A DNA stretch of 62,097 nt, filler included, from Choristocarpus tenellus KU-1152 (taxonomy: Eukaryota > Protista > Phaeophyceae), in the NCBI GenBank assembly GCA_964200185.2. It is 14 parts of 14 records of this genome, joined end to end, with 100 filler letters (N's around TTAATTAATTAA, not from the genome) between each part and the next. Parts side by side here need not be neighbours in the genome. Positions count along the whole stretch, not along the records: positions 12,694 to 16,162 come from CAXNAD020019823.1; positions 16,263 to 21,545 come from CAXNAD020011272.1; positions 21,646 to 24,560 come from CAXNAD020023682.1; positions 24,661 to 27,178 come from CAXNAD020027145.1; 10 more parts are not named here. The stretch is one strand, 5' to 3'. The notes below the pieces were generated by a model that did no database searches, was not told the DNA's origin, and saw nothing but the letters and a program-made list of their open reading frames with translations. Position 1 is the stretch's first letter, and each line of letters opens with the position of its first letter. Positions 12,694 to 24,749 of the stretch are shown here, piece by piece. A program made the position numbers and the translations under genes.

Positions 12694-13360
12694 ATCTTGT
12701 CCCAGGGCCCCACTGCTCAATATTCGGCATGGCATACCAGGTACCCAATGTATCTTCTTGACCTCCAGTTCTTGCTTGTTATCGATCGTACCATATCTTA
12801 TGTCTCCTTAGCCTCCAGCTTCCATTTGTGTCGAAGGTGCAAATCCACTTTGTTAGGATGACGATGATGATATTATTGCCCGTTTCAGCTTCCTGTAGCT
12901 TATATCGGGTCTTGTGATGAGCTGCACGGGGATCTTGTCCTCCGCACGTCCTCTGTTGAGCTGCACGCGGATCTAGTCCTCCGCGCGTCTTCCGTTGAGC
13001 TGCACGGGGATCTAGTCCTCCGCGCATCCTTCGTTGATTCCTCTTCGCAGTTCCAGTGTGATATTCGTTCCTGTTCCGTTAGTTTTTCCATGAGTTCAGG
13101 ACGACGTATTTTTGCCGCATAATGTCTTATAGACCCTTCGATGGCATAAACCACCAGATATAATCTCCATGTTGTCCAAGTCTTCACTGATCGTGCTGGT
13201 GCTCCAGTTCGGTTTGGAAAATTCTTCATGTCGTTCGGGCCCATCACCTGCTCCTTTTCTCCATACTACTGAGGCTCATACTCTTTGCAAATTACCTTGG
13301 GGGTAATGCTATTTCTCAGTAGTGAAGATAAGAGAGTGTGAAGCCTCACACGACCCCCTT
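12694..13360 (-). mobile_element. Ty1/Copia 5' end remnant: LTR end, PBS and decayed gag start
   Basis: On the minus strand, ...CA is followed by GGTGATGGGCCC (13248-13237), close to the copia-type PBS GGTTATGGGCCC, then MKNFP...W..W..YA with stops downstream. The LTR-side segment 13287-13357 recurs at 48858-48928. Confidence 0.6.
12919..13035. repeat. 39-bp tandem repeat x3 (13 codons)
   Basis: GAGCTGCACG(G/C)GGATCT(T/A)GTCCTCCGC at 12919, 12958 and 12997. Confidence 0.9.
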
Positions 13361-13673
13361 TGCTGAATGTGAAAAAGAATGGCTGGTTGAAGATTAGAAG
13401 AGTGACCTTTGTGTGGTGTCTTCTCATTGCTTGTTTATTATTTATTTGTGCTTCCTATCTGAGTCAACGGTCATGTCAAAGTAGTTGAATGCAGAATAAA
13501 TACCAATACATAATTCCATACAGTATCTGGATGTACTATTTTATTAGTTACATCACATGGACTCAATTCAACACAATAATCTCATATACACAAAATAAGG
13601 TACACCTCACTATTGTCCTATTTTGCATACCAACCCACCAGGTGATGAAGAGGAACAGGATAACCCATCACCT

Positions 13674-13729
13674 GAGTCAAACTATCTTAGAGGGTAGAGC
13701 TACGTCCATTTGGGGACCAAAATACAATC
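13674..13729. mobile_element. MITE family A terminal fragment
   Basis: GAGTCAAACTATCTTAGAGGGTAGAGCTACGTCCATTTGGGGACCAAAAT matches the family-A end. Confidence 0.8.
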
Positions 13730-13798
13730 TGACCCTACAGCAGGTACAGGAAGCAGGACTCTACAAGGGGAAGGCATACAACCACACCCCCAGAACAC

Positions 13799-15105
13799 GA
13801 CTCTGAAGGCGATGGGGACCAACCTGTTTGTCCCGCGTTGTCATGTCCAGAGGAACTTGCACAGGAGGACGTGAGGGGGCGGCTAGGTAGGGACTCAGAA
13901 TCCACGCCTGTCAGGAGTGACCCATGTATGTCCCCAAACATCCATTTGGTGGGCAGCGGCGGCGATGAGTCCAAGGTGCCAAGGAACACCTACGTGGGGC
14001 GAAGTGAGAACCACTCCCATGCCCATCCAACCACAACACCGAGGGACAAGCCTTCCGTGAAAGGAAACGGAGAGAGGAAAAGGACGATAATTGGGAATAA
14101 GAGGTTGAGAGAAGACTCTGAAGGCGATGGGGATCGACCCGATTGTGACGCTTTGTGAGTTCCAGAGGAACTTGTACAGGAGGACGTGGGTGGGCGGCTA
14201 GGCATGGGCTCAGAGTCCACGCCTGTCGGCAGTGACCCCGGAATGTCCCCAAACGCCCATTCGGTGGGCAGCGGCGGCGACGAGTCACAAGTGCCAAGGA
14301 ACACCTATGACCATACTGTGAGGTGAAGTGAGAACCACGTCCATGCCGATCCTACCCCAATACCGAGCGACAAGCCTTCCGGGTAGAAGGGTAAAGGAAA
14401 GGGGAAAAGGACAATAATTAGTAAGAAGAGGGTGAGAGAAGGTGCTGGACGGATGAGACCTTTCAAAAAAAGCCTCGTGAGTCCTGATGGCAACGCTTTA
14501 GAACCCGGCTTCTTCGCAGATGTCTTCGCTTCTGCCAAAAAGGGCAGATACGCTGTAAATCCGTCTTCATCTACCTCGAGGTACGACGATGACGACGAAA
14601 GGTCATCGCATGGTGATGATGATTGGGTCACACAGGACGCGGCCGACTCCGGCAATGCATCCGATGTGAGGACCACCGAAGCCTTCATGGAGGCGTGCAT
14701 TACCGAGCTCCTACGATCGGCAACAAAACCTGCTCTTCGCAGTATCGAGTGCAAACTCAAATCCTCACCCAAGTCATATACGACCATGGGTTGAGGATCA
14801 TCAAAGCCGGTAAAGGGGCCGTTTCTCTTGTTTTCAGGGATGAATGCTACGTCCACGAGCCCACACAGGTTAAACTTGGCGATCGTGGAGGGAAGCCAGG
14901 CAACACGTTGCGTCCCGAGCATGTGGAAGCACTCCATGCGAGGAAGGCCATCTTCTCGAGTCTCATGAAGCCCGAACCTTGGAACAGCAGGTGCTCTACA
15001 CACCTAAATCTATGGCACCTTCTTGTCGAGGCATACCCTAAGCTTGCAGCGTGGTGGGAGAAAGGTAACGAATGCAATTTCGAGTCCGCCCACCAATTGA
15101 AATAG
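13799..15105 (+). pseudogene. Decayed ORF of unknown family with an in-frame 315-bp tandem duplication
   Basis: GACTCTGAAGGCGATGGGGA starts at 13799 and 14114 (315 bp = 105 codons). One reading frame continues through a few stops to ~14790, then shifts to a globular-looking C-terminus ending at 15105. Confidence 0.5.
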
Positions 15106-16325
15106 GGGTTCAGTCGTTTCAGTTTTTTGTTGAAGTACGGGTAGAGTTACAGGTACACTGATTTATGCATCAGAGTACCCTGCCTTGGTGTCCGACTACC
15201 ATGTTCATGCACTTTCCATTCGATGAGTTATGCATTTAGACAGTGGTATCGGATACATTGCTACCAGTCAGAGTCATCAGCATATCGTATATCATGCTTG
15301 TGTTGAGGATGAGACCTGTGTCATTATATGTTTAAAAGAGCGTGTCATATACAAAGCTTAGACAACTAAAATATAAAACATCGATTAAACAACTCTTCTC
15401 CATCTTCTCAGGTAACCCTTCCAAGCAATTCGCTAAGGCCTACGATGGATACCCTGTCCTTTTCAAAGCCGCTAATTATTCCTTGAACACTATAACGCAC
15501 CTCCCCCCTGCTTCTCAACACTCTATACACCATCTCATGCTTTGTCCAAGTGTCAACAAAATAGAACCGATCTCATCCTCCTTCGAATCTTGGAGGATCA
15601 TAAACCGAAATCCACGCACGATGCTCCTAAGCAAAGCACCAACCCAGGATCTCTGGAAGTGTATCTTGAAATGCTTTCAGAGAAACGTACGACAATAGAC
15701 CTTGACAAATAACCATTCGTATGCACCTCCAGAATCTGTTCACACATTACATGAGAGATATAATATACAAACCCGAAAACAAAACCTGACCCTTTTCCCT
15801 TCCTTCATATCAACAATTTCAACCCTAACACCCTCAGCGACAACAACTTTTGTTTGCATACTAAATCCGACACATGCACTCAAATAAACGAGGTACTATA
15901 TTTAAAAAAGTACATGATATATGTTTTGGTTCCTCGTGCACACACCGGGAGAACAGCCTGTAACTGACAGTCCTCTTTGTGTACATACCAGACACGACTC
16001 ATGCAAGCAAGTAAATGCAAAAGCCAACCTCGCAACAGTCCATAGTCTTTTTTTCGATTCATCATCCTAACAGTGGGAAAACACACCCTAACCGACAGCC
16101 CTCTTTATGTGCTAACCAAATCCCACTCATGCAACCAAACAAACCAATATCCAGCCCTGGAANNNNNNNNNNNNNNNNNNNNNNNNNNNNNNNNNNNNNN
16201 NNNNNNTTAATTAATTAANNNNNNNNNNNNNNNNNNNNNNNNNNNNNNNNNNNNNNNNNNNNCCCCCGCGACGGGCCCGCGGGGGGGGGGGGGGGGGGGG
16301 GGGGGAGGGGAAGAAGAAAACCCAC

Positions 16326-19300
16326 CACAGCCGTGTTCATCAGTTCCGTCTTGAGCTGCCCCACCACATTAACGCTATGGCTGGTGGACTGGTTCTTCTC
16401 CCCGAGCTGGCTCTTCTGGTGTTCCACATACGCCTGTACAAAGGTATGCAAAACATTGTAAGATCGCACAACGCATTTCAGAATGAGCACATACTTGTAC
16501 AACCTGAAAAAAAGCAGTACACACTATCAAAAATCCATAAAAACACGCAATAAAATCATCTCTTTACAAAACCTAAAAGCACATAAAAAAAAAACAGCAC
16601 TGCAAAATATGTACGTATCAACATGTACCCCCCCAACCACCCCACCCCGCCCCGCCCCTCACCCCCCACTCCGCCCACTGCATACATCAAACCTGTGCTG
16701 TATCGAGCTGATTGTTCAGTGCCTGCATCTCCTGCTTGATGCTGTGAACAAGCCCGTTGATCTCCGAGGTGGGGTCATTGAACAATCCACGTTGCTGCAC
16801 CACTGCACTCACCCCAGTAACAACAATCACGTGCATGCACACAATTCAAAAGCAGACACAACAAGCTTCAAGAGATCAATCCAAAAATCACAACCGAGTG
16901 CGGACTAGAGTCCTTTGAAATCAGCAGAGCAACCGCCTACCGTGTAAGGGACAGACAAACAGTAATTCCATTCCGCCTTCCATGCAGTCACGGAATCGAT
17001 TTATTTTTTTACGTTATTTATTTATTTTTCCAAGCATTATCACTGCACTATGTTACACTACTTTGTTTCTTATTGTTACTCTAATTCATTTTTTCTACGG
17101 CTTACAAATTCTTTTTCAAATATATACTCCCTCTGTCCCATAAAAGTCTGTACCTTTTTACGTACGTTTCGTACCTCTTCGGGACGGATTCCATTTTTTT
17201 TTTATTGCATTGGATTCCTCGGAAAATCTTACTGAAGACGAGTTATACTTTAAAAAATATAAATAAATATAATATACTTGAAAATATATATCCCGAAATC
17301 GTTCTGAAAATATGGAACAGAGGTTAGGCGGGCATAGGCCCGCAAGAAGGCAGACTGAATTGGTGGATTGACGGCATTACCTATTAATTATATATTATTA
17401 TTAATTGACTGAAAGCAAGAAAAGGTGTATTCTAATGAAGAAAAAAAAAGTCAAGGAATCCAATGCGAAAATTCGTTTTTTTAAAATCGGAGGTCATCCC
17501 GAAGAGTTGACCACATAAAGGAACAGAATTATGGAACAGAATTATGGAACAGAATTATGGGACAGAGGGAGTATAATATCAATAACACCAAATAGGAGTA
17601 GCCTATGTTTCATCACGGTGCAGACCTTCCTATATATATATATATATATATATATAGGTATATATATATACGTATCTATATATGCATGTTTATGAACTCT
17701 TCACAGCAATGACCGTATTATTTAAAATATATACTCTTCTGTTTTTTCAAGTATGAATAATAAATTATCTGTGAAAAAAAAATATATATATATATATATA
17801 TTTTTTTTTTATTAATGTACTTAAAAACCACATTAGCACACATGATTCTAAATCATAGCACCCTATATATATCAGAACAATATCTCGCTAAGAAAGTAAC
17901 ATAATACAACCAGCCAGCATCCAATTCCGAAGCCATTCTCTCTCCAAAACAGAAGGGGCCCTTACTCTCTCAAAATACTCAAGTCTTACTTACATCATAT
18001 AAATAAAATACTCAGTCTTACATCATATAAATATAATCCGCAAACCTGAAAAAAAAATGTTTGGGAAAATGCCTGTTCTTAGGTACTACAGATACACATA
18101 CCATACATGTTGTTGACCAGCATCAGCAATGTACACAAAAAAAAAAAAAATCACTCTAATAGACAACATAAATAAAATCAAAAAAAACTTTGGATACGCA
18201 TGTACATACATGGGGAGCAGACATGAAGAACGACCCCATAAAATGCTGGAAAAATAACCCAAGACTTGACACAATACTTGTTTCTCTGTGTGAGATAAAC
18301 GATGACCTTGAAGAAGTAACAACAGTTAAGAAAAACAAGTCCCCGCGTATCAAAAAAACACTATCCTTTGCACTAACCATTACATCTGTAAAATACTATT
18401 ATTAATATTAATAATAATAATAATAATAATTAAAATAATAATTAAAATAAATATTGTTATATTATTGTTAGTACAATTTTCTATTACTATTACTATTATT
18501 ACCATTAGTGTGTTCTGCAGTATAATAATTCGACCGCATTTCGGGGGGGAGGGGAAGTTGGGTTGAGAGGGCTTACACACTGTCAGCTGGCCGAGCTTCT
18601 GTGCAACGATATGGATATCGCTGGCAATGGCTGCAGACGCTGCATGGAACTCCCCCAGGGTGGCAACATCTTTTGCAGATGGCGATTGACGCCGTGCGGG
18701 CTGTCCAGTGTTTGTGGAGAAGAGGTACGGTTAGCAGGCGCAGGGAGGGCGTGGGGGGGGCGACGTAGTTCCAATGAAACTATGAGATACACGCCTGTTT
18801 GTACAGAGAAATTAGAACAAATGGTTTTGTGTCAAAAGACTTCAACATGGGCATGGGGTAAGAAGAAGAATGAGTAAACTGGAGGACTGAGACTTACGGA
18901 TGGTCTGCGAGAGCTAGAGCTAGGGGAGAGTTCATATTTTCAAAGCTGAAGGGGCACTCAATGTTATTAGTCTTAGATGAGAACGAGCTGCACAAACCAT
19001 GCCACATGCACTGTACCTCTTTTTGTTCTATAAACATGGACCGACCGCACTCTGTACTGATTATTCAGTGCAAGAGGTCTTTTGTATATCTTGTCAACTC
19101 TTTGAACATCTTTTTGCAACACCGGACCAACTACATCCGACAAATCTGAATTGAGGCGAGACAACCTATTCATGTAAGGGTGTTGGGTGTGACGGTGCAC
19201 ACCCTAGGGCGGTAATGGGATGGTTGACAATATGCGTATCTTCCCTCGGCCCTCCGTACTGCTTGCCCGGCACATGGGGTATTGGAGTCAGCGCGTAGGA

Positions 19301-20113
19301 TCTTGTTATGGAAGATGCTGGGTGTTTGAGGAGAGGAACTGACGTAGGAACGCAGTACTTGCAGTTGACTTCAAAACGTCCTCTTTAAAGTGTCCATACA
19401 GTTGATTTCGAAGTTCAAAATTTTTTGGAAGGCGTCACAGTATTGAATCACTAGAGATAGAGATTGAACAACGGTATTCCCCGGATCGTTATGATGACCT
19501 TATCACGCCCATCATGCGTCCATCACTGGTTCCCTTTCTACCCACTTGAAGAATTCGGGTTGGGCTCTATCTCTAACCCCAGTCACGTCACTCACCGTAA
19601 CTACCCACTAATTCGCCAAGAATTTCCTTAATCTCCGCTCCAACCTAATCAAAAATCTCTCATCCACGGAATAATTTGACACTTTCTGGCAATGTACACT
19701 CACGGCTAAAGGTCAAGTTTCTTGCTCACCTCACTTCCCCCCACATCACTTCCACTATACACAAGAACGGCAATGAGCAATGACAAATTATCAAGAGTTA
19801 AGAGGGAACGGAAAAAACGGAAATTCACCGTAGCATAATGGGGAGTCGTTCACATTGCTACACAGGCCAACCCTCCACTACGGAGTGTCCTTCCCTTGAT
19901 TGCATCACCCTCATAATGGCATCCCGGGATAAGATGCAAGACCGACAGGGAGCAACAACTGCACATGGAATATCCATAGCGATTTTTGACATATAATAAG
20001 AATGCAGTGTTTGCTATCTCGGTCGTGATCGTGATTTTCACCTTCAAGGCCTGGGTTGCTGAAGGTGGTAGAGCCGACACGAGGGACCGGAACTCCTTTG
20101 TCCGGTCCGTCAT
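16326..20113 (-). CDS. STX5: Syntaxin-5 / Sed5 / SYP3-type Golgi Qa-SNARE, first four exons
   Basis: Exons 20113-20042 (MTDRTKEFRS, the Sly1-binding DRTxEF peptide), 18700-18577 (EFHAASAAIASDIHIVAQKLGQLT), 16802-16693 (LVQQRGLFNDPTSEINGLVHSIKQEMQALN) and 16433-16326 (HSVNVVGQLKTELMNTA). All GT-AG and in phase. Confidence 0.93.
17127..17571. mobile_element. Stowaway-like (Tc1/mariner) MITE in syntaxin intron
   Basis: TA|CTCCCTCTGTCCCATAA ... TTATGGGACAGAGGGAG|TA: perfect 17-bp TIR with TA TSD, plus subterminal inverted segments (CTCTTCGGGA/TCCCGAAGAG; GCATTGGATTCC/GGAATCCAATGC). Confidence 0.9.
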
Positions 20114-22021
20114 AGTCGTCGAAGACCTAGATCAAAGAGCGCTCGCCCTAAAGCCTTTACAAACCACGCTTGTTCGTCCTGGCTTCCAGCTTTCACAGCA
20201 CACTCCCCAACAAAGTAATAGAAAATCTGTATGCTCACCAGTCTTTCCGTATCCCGATGAGCTCAATCCCCCTACTCTCTCCTATACTTGATGGGTTACG
20301 AAGAACTGGTGTAGTTGTATTCGGAATGGCTGCGGGGCCGCAATTGGCCGTCACAGACTTCCCAGAGTATTCGTAAGTTTCTACTTTGACACTTGTCTCT
20401 CCTCTCTTACATTCACAACTCCAATACGTAATTACAAAACAAGTTTGTTGTGTTGTTTGTTCTACACTATTATATAGTTGGGAAGGCGTCTGTATATGTG
20501 GTTGAATAATACTTCCAAACATTAGACATTTGTATGTGATGGAGGGTGTCGAGAATTACCAGAGATGAGGTTGAAGTGAGAGATGGGAATGAGGTATGCT
20601 GGGCGTACGTTGAGAGCCTCGGAGTAGAATGTTGTTCAATCTCCACTGTGATTGGTTGCGACCAGTGAGAACAGAGAGTACACCATCTCCGGTTTCCTGA
20701 CTTGAATCCACCTTCATATCAAGGTTCACCTGAGCTGGTTGAGCGTCTGATCCACACCATATCACCTTAACTAACCTCAATGCCGAAAGGTGGTGCATGT
20801 AAATACATATGACTACTAGTGCTGTGGGCTTTACTAGCGTGTTGGAGATCCCAATACGAAACCTGTTCCTGACACTAGTAATGAATATATTCTGACTACT
20901 ACTCAGTCCTTTGACATCTGTACTTGAAGAGGTCTGTAGGTGGATCCACTATTCATGAAAACATCCTCACGCGTACTTGTGAGATCCTCCTGCATGAGAT
21001 TAGTGCGCTTAGTTTGGGGGGGGGGGCGACATCCATCCCCACAGCTTGCTAAAGGATCAAAATTATCCCAGGAATTTTCTCAGGACTTGACTGTCCAATG
21101 ATGACAAAAATTCTCAAGCAGAGCTCTTCACCAGGGTGGCTAATGAGGACGTAGGAGGACTGACCATGTGTCTACTAGAACAAGCTCAAAGGGAAAATCG
21201 ACAGCGGGAATCTAGAGGAGAGGACCGGGCATCCAAGCAGCAGTAGGCAGGCGCACTTGCATACCCTTTCCCACTGCGATCTCCCAGGACTCGTTCAAGT
21301 AGAGAGGAGTATCATAGGGAGTAATCTCAGGCGGAACAGTATAGGGTGGGGGAGAGATCCCTACTGAGACAGGCTAATACATCCTCCTCCGGTTGGTGCA
21401 ACTCACAAAAAAAAATACCACTCTGTCTTTTGTTGTACCATTATCATTGGGACTAATGTGTGCAGCCAGGTCAGACCGATCCGCCCAAACTGCCGGGTCA
21501 AAGTATCTGGGGGGGGGGGTATGGTTTGTGAGGGGGCGTCCGCTTNNNNNNNNNNNNNNNNNNNNNNNNNNNNNNNNNNNNNNNNNNNNTTAATTAATTA
21601 ANNNNNNNNNNNNNNNNNNNNNNNNNNNNNNNNNNNNNNNNNNNNCCCCCCATCCTCCTGATGTAAACTAATACCCAGTGTAGAACACCCTGTTGTACTA
21701 TATTATACCGATGTATGATGCTCTACTTTAGTGACCCAAGAATACATACATACAAATAGGCACAGTCCAATAGTCAGACACCACCGATGTGATTCTGTTG
21801 ATGCTGTTGGTCAATACATACATTGATCTAGACACACATGTGGTACAAATCAGTAGAGTATCAATGACAATCAATTCTAGGTATGAATATTAATAGTATC
21901 ACCAATATTCATGTTCACCTCCAGTAGAAACTCAACAGTTACACCAACACAGTAAATCTTTGTTCCATACAGCTATAGCAGCAGCCACTACCTCTACAGG
22001 TAAATACACCCCAACACTCAC

Positions 22022-22188
22022 CTGCCCATTCCCATCCTTATCTATCACGTGGAACATTCTGTCAGTTGGAATCCTTTCAAATCCCAAGTCCTTGAGCACC
22101 CTCGAGAAGCTGGCTCTGCTTAGAAATCCACAAGAGTTAGCAGCATCATTGAACCCCTGCTTCAGCATCGCCAGCTCCGCCTCAGAAA
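22022..22188 (-). CDS. Internal exon of an EF-hand calcium-binding protein (calcineurin-B/NCS/CDPK-like)
   Basis: AG|..SEAELAMLKQGFNDAANSCGFLSRASFSRVLKDLGFERIPTDRMFHVIDKDGNGQ|GTGAGT. DKDGNG is a canonical EF-loop start. Confidence 0.8.
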
Positions 22189-23750
22189 CTTTTGTGTGTG
22201 TGTGTGTGTGTGTTTAGGGTTAGGGAAGAAACCAAGTACATTGTATAGTGGGACAAATACAAGAATACAGGGATGACAAACAAAAAAATCACCAAAAAAA
22301 ACATAAATATTTATTTTAAGAAAAACTACATTATAAGGTGTATGTATACATACACATACATGTGTGTGTGAAATGAATAAATAACAAACCATATTGTGCA
22401 CCACATACATACATACACACACACACACACAACCCCCCCCCCAAAAAAATAAATATATATGTTATTTTCCTTTGTGATTTTTTCATCCTTTCTGGGTTCT
22501 CAATTTGAGATCTTCTACCTATCAACAACTAAATTGAAGTGACTGAATCATCACCATTCACCCCCCCCTCAAAAAAAAAAAAAAACTCAAATCACAATCA
22601 CCATCACAATAAAAAAAACAGACCCATTCACAACACACAGGGGTCTAGCTAGACAGTTGGTACAAAGGTGGGAAAAAACACGGTCCCTTAACGGTACTTC
22701 ATGGGACAGTTACAGTTACAGTTACAGTTCTAAAAAATATCAATGGTTATTCTATACCTACTACGCCACGGTTAAAAATCTACAACCTACGGTGGACAAC
22801 TTTGTGCAAATGGTTATTATATGTTCATTGAAAAACCAAGAACTGACGCTACTGTCAGCTATTCACCCTAATGTCCAGTTCAAGCACAATGCAGTATCAT
22901 AACTGCAACGTAACTGTAATACCATACCATGAAGCGACAAACTGACCAAAAAAAATAATAATGAAAAAGACGCAAGCGCACACATGAACTACACAACAGA
23001 TATTTTAGATAGTATGGTGTGGTGACCAATCTTTCATCTTCAACTTTCTCACTCTGGTCCTATTGCCACATGATACACATAATAAATATATATATTTATA
23101 TTTATATATTTACATATATAAAAAAGGCTCAAAATATTATTTATTCATCGTACACACAAATCCCAAGCCACGCAACGATTCACACATAAACAAAAAAATA
23201 TATATCATTTTTTAATTTTTAGAGAGAGAGGAAAATAATAAAAACTAGGTGAGATAGATAAACCAACCCCTTCGCCCTTTTCACAATACAAAAAAAATAA
23301 AATAACAACCTTTGCCAGCAACACTTAATATGTGATAAGAAAAGACCACACACACCAACTCCGGCAATGCGTAAGGTAAGGTAAGTTAAGTTACCTACCC
23401 TTTTACTCAAACCGAATCGCCTAAACACCACTTCAACCTCATCTCCCAAACATTCAACCCTATAAACTCATTCAATTACTTCACAATACAGATACTGCAT
23501 GGACGCATGTCCCTTGGTTTATGAAAAAATTAACTCTATACCCGCATCCACACCATCTCATTCAAAAACACAACACCCATCCTCCAACGTCAACCTCCAC
23601 AGAAATATACTAAATATACTCTACCTCACCCACCCCCTACACTCCATGGCAAGGGAGAGCTACCCCACCTATCCATTTCCCACAATCCCGAGTCAGGCAC
23701 TAAATCTCCAGAGGATTGACGCATTGTCTAAGGAGAAGACGAGGAAGACT

Positions 23751-23985
23751 CTTTTAGAAACGTTTATCATACCCTATCACAAATCCAATCTTTTAGAAAC
23801 GTTTATCATACCCTATCACAAATCCAATCTTTTAGAAACGTTTATCATACCCTAACCCAAATCCAATCTTTTAGAAACGTTTATCATACCCTAACCCAAA
23901 TCCAATCTTTTAGAAACGTTTATCATACCCTAACCCTAATCCAATCTTTTAGAAACGTTTATCATACCCTAACCCTAATCCAATC
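23751..23985. repeat. 39-bp minisatellite x6
   Basis: Unit CTTTTAGAAACGTTTATCATACCCTA(T/A)C(A/C)C(A/T)AATCCAAT, six nearly perfect copies. Confidence 0.97.
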
Positions 23986-24749
23986 ACTCTCATTCCCGAT
24001 AACTTTTTTTTTCACACCTCAGAACTCTACAAGGACCGAGCAGATTCCCTACCCCCTCTCATCACAACACAAACAGCCCCCGGAAGGATCGTGCTGCCAC
24101 CATCATTAAAAAAAAGAGTGAAGTAAGTACAAACTGCAACAACCACGCTCTCAAAAACACAACTCCAATCATAGACCAGAATATACCAACACGAGATCAA
24201 ATGAGAACTACCACCGTACCTAACCACCCTCCAAACGCCCTACACACTCGCTCTCTTGGACAAGTTCAGAAGTTATTGCCAATCTCAACCCTACCATCAA
24301 ACCTCCCCTCCAAAACACTCTCTCATGGAAGGAAAAAAAAAAAGCACACACACACACACACACACAAACATCGCCGTTCCACGCAAAAGATCAAACAAAT
24401 AATAAAAAATAAAAAATAAAAAAAAACACTTTTCGCAACCCGGTCAAAAAGTGTATGTAACTGTTACGTCACGAGCCCCCTCAGAGAAGTAGCACCCCCC
24501 CCCCAGATACTTTGACCCTGCATCCAAGCAGCAATAACTGAAGGCTTTAACGGAAGAACANNNNNNNNNNNNNNNNNNNNNNNNNNNNNNNNNNNNNNNN
24601 NNNNTTAATTAATTAANNNNNNNNNNNNNNNNNNNNNNNNNNNNNNNNNNNNNNNNNNNNGGTGGGGGGGGGGGGGGGGCTGGAGTGAGGAGGGAAAGTG
24701 TGAGGAAGGGGAAGGAGGAGTTAGGGGGGAGGGGGAGGGGGCAGGGGCG

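Noticed and set aside
19100-19575. BED-finger-like fragment (FFKW...FEVNCKYC) in syntaxin intron 1
   Set aside because: Only a few residues across broken frames; not supportable.
22682-22947. Imperfect inverted ends (CTTCATGG..TTACAGTTAC / GTAACTGTAA..CCATGAAG) as a MITE
   Set aside because: TIR is degenerate, with no TSD and no clear second full copy in the window.
23751-23985. 39-bp repeats as a CRISPR array
   Set aside because: Units are head-to-tail with no unique spacers, there are no cas genes, and the context is eukaryotic.
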